Part shown: positions 58,808 to 64,000 of the stretch, one piece after another
Layout of the letters: each line of letters begins with the position of its first letter
How positions within the stretch are numbered: position 1 is the stretch's first letter
Program-made: the position numbers and the translations under genes
Virus record (IMG/VR): IMGVR_UViG_3300033153_012477
Coordinates: 119,437 to 183,436 of that record
DNA length: 64,000 nucleotides
Source: a virus
Lineage: Duplodnaviria; Heunggongvirae; Uroviricota; Caudoviricetes
Reading direction: 5' to 3' (one strand)
The notes under the pieces: generated by a model
What the model was told of the DNA's origin: nothing
The model's input: only the letters and a program-made list of their open reading frames with translations
Databases searched by the model: none

Positions 58808-60046
58808 TTATCCTTGAGAACTATTGTTACTACTATTGATGCCTAACATAGCAGACACATCCGTTCTAGGATTTGGCATATCCTTCAACATCTGTGTTGT
58901 TAAATTATTTGATTTAGCTCGTGCTGCCGCTTCTTTCATACTGGGATTAGCTCTCTTAACCATATCAAAAACTTTATCATTTAATTTGTCAGTAGCTCTA
59001 ACAGACAGGTCATACTGACTCTGTTGTCTATAATAGTCTATTTCAGTGATAACGTCTTTCATCTCGTCAGTATCTTGAGAAGTTACAGGAACAGCATTAT
59101 TCATCAGAAGTCCTTTTCCTCTAAGAGCTAGTTGGTTAGGACTCACGGATGATGCTTTATTTGGATAAACCACAGGAGTATCTACTGTAGAGTCTTCTAT
59201 ATCCGCAGTGTTTGCCTGTTCTTGTATTCTTGCAGCTTTCTGTACGTTAAGTACATTCTTAATAACTGTTTTTACCTGTTGTTTATTTTTTGCCACATCA
59301 GAATTTTCAAAAGCTGTTTGATTATAATAATCTATATCTCTATAATCTTTTGTAGTTGTTCTTTGTACTGTGAATTGAAAGCTGTACTCCAAAGTGTAAG
59401 GAGAGTTAGCGTCTTCCGTCATAGAGAAGTTATCGAAAGAACCTAAATAAGTTGTTAGATCATACTGTAGATAAACATCCCCAACTCTATCTATTCTATT
59501 CTTAACGTTCTCTAACACCTTGGGGATTCTTTTATTAATGTAAGGGTAACCTCTTGATTGAATAAGTCGGTTATCTTCTTCACCTCTTTCAGAATTTTGA
59601 AAGATGCACCCATTGTTTCTAAACATGTACAAAAGTTTGTATATATTTTTAAATGACAGAGATTTACTTCTGGAATACCTGTTTAACCCATTCATACTCT
59701 CAGGACCTGGGATACCTGCTCCTTTAGTTATAAAGTATCCTCCAATTTTACCACTACACTGAATAACATCTAGCTCCTCTCCCCACTCTTCAACAATAAA
59801 TCCATCTCTAGCAAATCTTGGGTTGACTTTTTTAGCGAAGGTTAATGACATGTTGTTTGGGTTAATCAGCAAGGTCAATGTTGGTGGGTTCTTAGAAGCC
59901 ATCCCAACTCTTGTGTAGTCGATTCTAAAAGACATAGGGATATGTGTTAAATTTTTATATTTTGGCAAATCTGTAGAAGTATCAATAATGACATATTGAT
60001 GTTCTGAAGGAAAAGTGATGTTTCTCATATTTGGATTGACAGCCAT
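58808..60046 (-). CDS. tail tube initiator/CIS tube-like protein (long paralogue)
   Basis: LLINPNNMSLTFAKK...EEWGEELDVIQCSGKIGGYF...YLGSFDNFS.TEDANSPY..YSFQFTV; position after the tape measure. Confidence 0.65.
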   Translation of the reverse strand: MAVNPNMRNITFPSEHQYVIIDTSTDLPKYKNLTHIPMSFRIDYTRVGMASKNPPTLTLLINPNNMSLTFAKKVNPRFARDGFIVEEWGEELDVIQCSGKIGGYFITKGAGIPGPESMNGLNRYSRSKSLSFKNIYKLLYMFRNNGCIFQNSERGEEDNRLIQSRGYPYINKRIPKVLENVKNRIDRVGDVYLQYDLTTYLGSFDNFSMTEDANSPYTLEYSFQFTVQRTTTKDYRDIDYYNQTAFENSDVAKNKQQVKTVIKNVLNVQKAARIQEQANTADIEDSTVDTPVVYPNKASSVSPNQLALRGKGLLMNNAVPVTSQDTDEMKDVITEIDYYRQQSQYDLSVRATDKLNDKVFDMVKRANPSMKEAAARAKSNNLTTQMLKDMPNPRTDVSAMLGINSSNNSSQG

Positions 60047-60558
60047 TATATCCCCGTATACGATTTTTGAACTTTGAACGTAAAATTAAAAACAAATTTA
60101 AAAGGACTCTCAGCACTTTCTGAGTATGTGAAGTTTTCAAAATATCCAAAATAAGTTCCTGGATCAAAAAACATCACAATTTTACCCTTTCGGAGCACCT
60201 GACCTTTATCATTATACACATTTCCATTATTTCTATAAACATCAAGAACATCTCTAAACTTAAAATATGGTTTTGATCTAGTTCTGGTTAATGTGTCTAG
60301 TCCTAGATCTTCTGTCATAAAAGCACCTGTAGATCCAGCACATGTAATGGTGTCTAGTTCTTCTCCCCAATACTCTTCCACATAAGCATTAAAGGTTTGA
60401 TACCTGTGTATTTTCTTTGCATAATCAATTTTAAAATTCTTAGGATTGATATGAAAATAAAGTGGGGGAAGAATAACTACAGGATCATAGAAATCTTCTA
60501 TAACATTTAATGCTAATCTTCTTGTTTCGTATTTTGGTGCTACAGGTATATTTGGCAT
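60046..60558 (-). CDS. tail tube initiator/CIS tube-like protein (short paralogue)
   Basis: FHINPKNFKIDYAKK...EEYWGEELDTITCAGSTGAF...YFGYFENFTYSESAESPF.F.F.F.FKV. Confidence 0.65.
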   Translation of the reverse strand: MPNIPVAPKYETRRLALNVIEDFYDPVVILPPLYFHINPKNFKIDYAKKIHRYQTFNAYVEEYWGEELDTITCAGSTGAFMTEDLGLDTLTRTRSKPYFKFRDVLDVYRNNGNVYNDKGQVLRKGKIVMFFDPGTYFGYFENFTYSESAESPFKFVFNFTFKVQKSYTGI

Positions 60559-60570
60559 CTAAGTCTCTCC

Positions 60571-63500
60571 TTAACTCGTTTGTCTCTCATGTCTCACTAG
60601 AGTATCTAATACAATCCTTTTCACTTCGTCAGGATTCCCTCCGTTGATGTGAAAGATGTTGGTGTTATTAACATTTCTACCACCTTCTGCAGAAGCTAGT
60701 GTTGGGGTAGTCTTTCCAAAAGCTCCAACGGCTCCTGCTCCTGCAGCAACTCCTGTTAGAGCTTCTCCTGGTTTTGGTATACCTCTTCCCGACATTCCAG
60801 CAGTAAGTGTTTTTGTTCCCGTAGAAGCAGTTGCTTTTGAGAGAGCATCATATCCACCTGCCGCATCCATTCCTATATCTGCAAAAGTTGCAGCGGTTCC
60901 CACAACAGGAACCATTGATAGAGCACTCATTCCTAGTCTTGCCATGTCTCCAGAAGAAACATTCTTACCAGAAATCATTTTCTCACCAATGTTCCAAACT
61001 TCTTTTGCTACAAATCCCGCACCAATTAAAGATCCAAGAATAGGTATAGCTCTTCCTAGCTTGAGCATTTTGGCTCCTGCCTTTAATGCTCGACCTGCTC
61101 CCGATACGGCTTTCACAGCTTTAGAACCTTTAATAGCTGTCTTTACCCCAGAACCTGCTTTAGCCATTCCTTCAGTTACTGAAGCTGCCTTACCGCTAAC
61201 AAATCCAGCGGCAGTGGTTGCCACATCTTTTCCTTTACCTGCAAGCTTGCTAATCATTCCTGGTTTTTTAACGGGCATACCTGTAGCATAGTTTATAGCT
61301 TGCCCACCTTTTCCTTTTGAGAAAAAACCTTTAGCCTTATCTAAAAATTTTCCTGAACCTCGTCCTCCCCCAGGTCCACCTTTTCCAAATATTTTTCCAA
61401 TACTTTTACTAAATAAAGCTCCTCCCGTAAGAGCAGCGAGTATCATCATCAAAGTTGTGACTACTGAACCAAATCCTAAAGTAAGTCTTGTCTGAACACC
61501 TTCTATTAATTTATTACGAGCATTTCCTACTTTTTGATCTATATTAAATGCTTTATCGTCTTGTGCTGCAGAATCTCCAGATATGCTTTCTTGGTTCTTA
61601 AGAGAATCTCCTAAACTCTCCCCCCTAGCTTGAGCAGCTCTTTGTAGCTCGCCAATACCCATAGCGTCGTACATTTTTTCTTTCTCGAAGATACCCATAC
61701 CTTTAGAAGCTTTATCTGCAAAATCTGCTAATCCTCCAACAACATTGGCTTGGAGATCGGCAGATGCGTATTTCAAAAGAGTACCTGCTTCAGTGATATT
61801 TTTACCGTCCAATGCCTCTTTCATAAGAAGAGCATTCTCTCTTTGAGCTTTTAATTTCTTTAATTCTTTTGGATCTGTTTCTTTTTCCATCTTAACAGTT
61901 ATGTCGTCTATAGATTTTTGAGCCATTTCTGCCATTTTTCCAAAAGCTTCAGGATCCGTTTGTTGTACTATTGCAAAAGCTTTAATAGCTTGATCAGTAT
62001 TTCTACCGAATTCTGTTACTGTCTTAGCAACTTTCGCTACCTCTGCGTCTGTTAGACCTGTGTTTTTTCCCAAATGGGCAACCATTTTAGCAGTAGCAGA
62101 TAGTTGTTCTTCATAAAAACTCAATCCTGCTGTTGCTGATTGAACTGTGGCGAAGAACCTGTTTGAAGACATACCTGACTGGTCCATTGCGGCTGTGAGG
62201 TCTACAAAGGTTTCATTCATTGTCCCCATAGTAGAGTCAAATTCAAATGCCATCTCTCCCATCATTCCAGCCACAACACCCTTACTTAAACCAAGGTTGT
62301 GTGAGAACTTAGTGACAACATTAGCAGCACCAAGAAACTCATTCCCAGCACCTTCCGCCGTTGTTTTAACGTTTTTCATCTGACCTTCAAGATTTCTAGA
62401 CGCTAGACCTGCCTGATCCAAAGATGATGCAACACCCATTATTTCTTTTCTCGAAAGAGCAAACTCTCTACCGCCTTTAGCGGCTTCGTATAGACCGCTG
62501 AGGTTAGTTGCTTTAATGTTCATAGCGTCCATAGCGTTGCCTACATCAGCAGAAGACTTTCCTATTAAAGCTCCAGTGTCTACGGCTTCCTGACTTAAAG
62601 CGGCGTATCTTGCTTCTAGTTGTAGTAAAAGTTTTCCTAAAGAAATAGCACCGCTTATAACAGCTACTGGGAAAGCTAACTTCCGTAAGGATCCTCCAAA
62701 TTTACCAGCTTTATCGCCGAGAAAGCTAAGACCTTTGCCTAACTTGCTTCCCTCTCCTGCATCAGCTCCCATTTTTTTCAAGGAACCGCTGATACCAAAT
62801 AATTTGTTACTAAGCCCATCTGCTTGTTTTTGACCAAAACCTGACTCAGAAGCTTCTCCTAAGTGCTTTGCGTAATCTGAAGATAATCTCTCCAAATCCT
62901 TCATGTGTTTAACTTGAGCTTTTATTGCCTTCGCACTTTCCTTTTGTTCTTTTTTTATTTCGTCTATAACTTCTTTTCTTTCTCCTTCTGAAGCAGATAG
63001 TTTGTCTTGTATTTTTCTATTTTTTTCATTTAACTCTGTTAACTTTCTAAGACCTTCTTGCATTTCTTTAGTTTTCATTAACTGTTCATCAGGAATGATA
63101 TTGTTAGCTTGAATGGCATACGCTTCCGCAGACATTTGTGCCATTACTCCTTCAAAAGTAGCTACAGCTTCATCGGTGAAAAAAGTAAGTTTGTAACCGT
63201 CTCTGAAGTTATCTGATAACTCTTCTTGACTCTTTTTTATATCTACCATTTGTTTTTCAAAAAAAGATGCCTTTGTTTCAAAACTATCGAAGTAATCAGA
63301 CATAGATGCTGAGAGCTTTCCATTCAAGTCGATCATGCTCTTTGAAACTTCTTCATAAGTCACGCCTGGCTTTGATAACAAACTTTCAAACTCTTCAATT
63401 TCTGTTTTATATTTTCCAGTTATTTTTGAGAAGGTAGTATCTTTACTAAGCTCTCCTAAACTGCTCAAAAAACCATTTATAAGATCATCTCCAGGAGATA

Positions 63501-63993
63501 GATCCGCTAACTTATTTAATTCAGCTCCAATATCACTAACTGCTTTCTTAGCAGCATCTTCACCACCAACATCAACTGGCTTAACTTTTATCTTACCTAA
63601 TTTTGTTTGAATCTTATCAACAAGACCGTCTACATTTTCACCTTTTCCTAATTTCTCCATCTTCCCTTGAATATCTTTAAAATCTACATCTGATATTTTA
63701 TTTTTTAAACCGTCCACCATTTCAGTCAGTTTCTCCATAGATGCTATCTTGATCTCAGGAGTATCTCGCATGGAGTCTTGTATTTCTTTTAGTTGTTTAG
63801 GTACTGCCACTAAAGAATCTTTAACAGAAGCTAACTTATTTGCTCTTGAAACTAGCATGTTCATTGCTTTTGAAACACCTGAAGATTTAGATTCTAAATC
63901 CCTCATAGTCTTATTAAAAGAAATACCCATAGTCTCGAACATATCTTTTGTTTTACCAACCTCTTTGGTGTAGTCCGCAAACGAAGATGTCAT
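60571..63993 (-). CDS. tail tape measure protein
   Basis: 1140 aa, Ala/Gly/Lys-rich helical; several hydrophobic segments (e.g. LGFGSVVTTLMMILAALTGG); typical C-terminus NNTNIFHINGGNPDEVKRIV; upstream of hub and spike. Confidence 0.85.
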   Translation of the reverse strand: MTSSFADYTKEVGKTKDMFETMGISFNKTMRDLESKSSGVSKAMNMLVSRANKLASVKDSLVAVPKQLKEIQDSMRDTPEIKIASMEKLTEMVDGLKNKISDVDFKDIQGKMEKLGKGENVDGLVDKIQTKLGKIKVKPVDVGGEDAAKKAVSDIGAELNKLADLSPGDDLINGFLSSLGELSKDTTFSKITGKYKTEIEEFESLLSKPGVTYEEVSKSMIDLNGKLSASMSDYFDSFETKASFFEKQMVDIKKSQEELSDNFRDGYKLTFFTDEAVATFEGVMAQMSAEAYAIQANNIIPDEQLMKTKEMQEGLRKLTELNEKNRKIQDKLSASEGERKEVIDEIKKEQKESAKAIKAQVKHMKDLERLSSDYAKHLGEASESGFGQKQADGLSNKLFGISGSLKKMGADAGEGSKLGKGLSFLGDKAGKFGGSLRKLAFPVAVISGAISLGKLLLQLEARYAALSQEAVDTGALIGKSSADVGNAMDAMNIKATNLSGLYEAAKGGREFALSRKEIMGVASSLDQAGLASRNLEGQMKNVKTTAEGAGNEFLGAANVVTKFSHNLGLSKGVVAGMMGEMAFEFDSTMGTMNETFVDLTAAMDQSGMSSNRFFATVQSATAGLSFYEEQLSATAKMVAHLGKNTGLTDAEVAKVAKTVTEFGRNTDQAIKAFAIVQQTDPEAFGKMAEMAQKSIDDITVKMEKETDPKELKKLKAQRENALLMKEALDGKNITEAGTLLKYASADLQANVVGGLADFADKASKGMGIFEKEKMYDAMGIGELQRAAQARGESLGDSLKNQESISGDSAAQDDKAFNIDQKVGNARNKLIEGVQTRLTLGFGSVVTTLMMILAALTGGALFSKSIGKIFGKGGPGGGRGSGKFLDKAKGFFSKGKGGQAINYATGMPVKKPGMISKLAGKGKDVATTAAGFVSGKAASVTEGMAKAGSGVKTAIKGSKAVKAVSGAGRALKAGAKMLKLGRAIPILGSLIGAGFVAKEVWNIGEKMISGKNVSSGDMARLGMSALSMVPVVGTAATFADIGMDAAGGYDALSKATASTGTKTLTAGMSGRGIPKPGEALTGVAAGAGAVGAFGKTTPTLASAEGGRNVNNTNIFHINGGNPDEVKRIVLDTLVRHERQTS

Positions 63994-64000
63994 TTTTGTG

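Overview
A 64-kb, AT-rich (roughly 35% GC by eye), gene-dense slice of a large contractile-tailed (jumbo/huge myovirus-type) bacteriophage, read in standard code 11. Layout: (1) 1-6683 (+): replication/nucleotide genes (AAA+ ATPase C-terminus, DNA Pol III delta/HolA-like, class II B12-dependent RNR NrdJ, thioredoxin). (2) 6760-25655 (-): tail-fibre/adhesin operon (three proteins with a shared DUF6519-like N-terminal anchor, several repeat-built fibres) ending in a sigma-factor-like gene. (3) 25835-29537 (+): DEDDh exonuclease, HD hydrolase, NAD-dependent ligase. (4) 29703-41543 (+): baseplate J-, I- and gp8-like genes, a Thr-rich collagen-like fibre and a subtilisin S8 protease. (5) 41540-63993 (-): RmlC, dUTPase, gp25/W wedge, two ~1490-aa baseplate-associated proteins, a triple-repeat putative spike tip, central spike, hub, two tube-initiator paralogues and the tape measure. 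Best leads: the collagen(G-X-T)/S8/RmlC module (possible glycosylated, proteolytic virion fibre); a ~48-aa 'N-x-K-L-H-R-G' repeat spread over three fibre genes; a sigma-like gene in the structural operon plus a candidate phage-specific late promoter; a four-box GTATTACA/TGTAATAC palindrome array; and an apparent total absence of GGCC, CCGG, GCGC and CGCG. No tRNA, CRISPR, integrase or reverse transcriptase was seen. Family assignments come from motif recognition only; no database searches were run.
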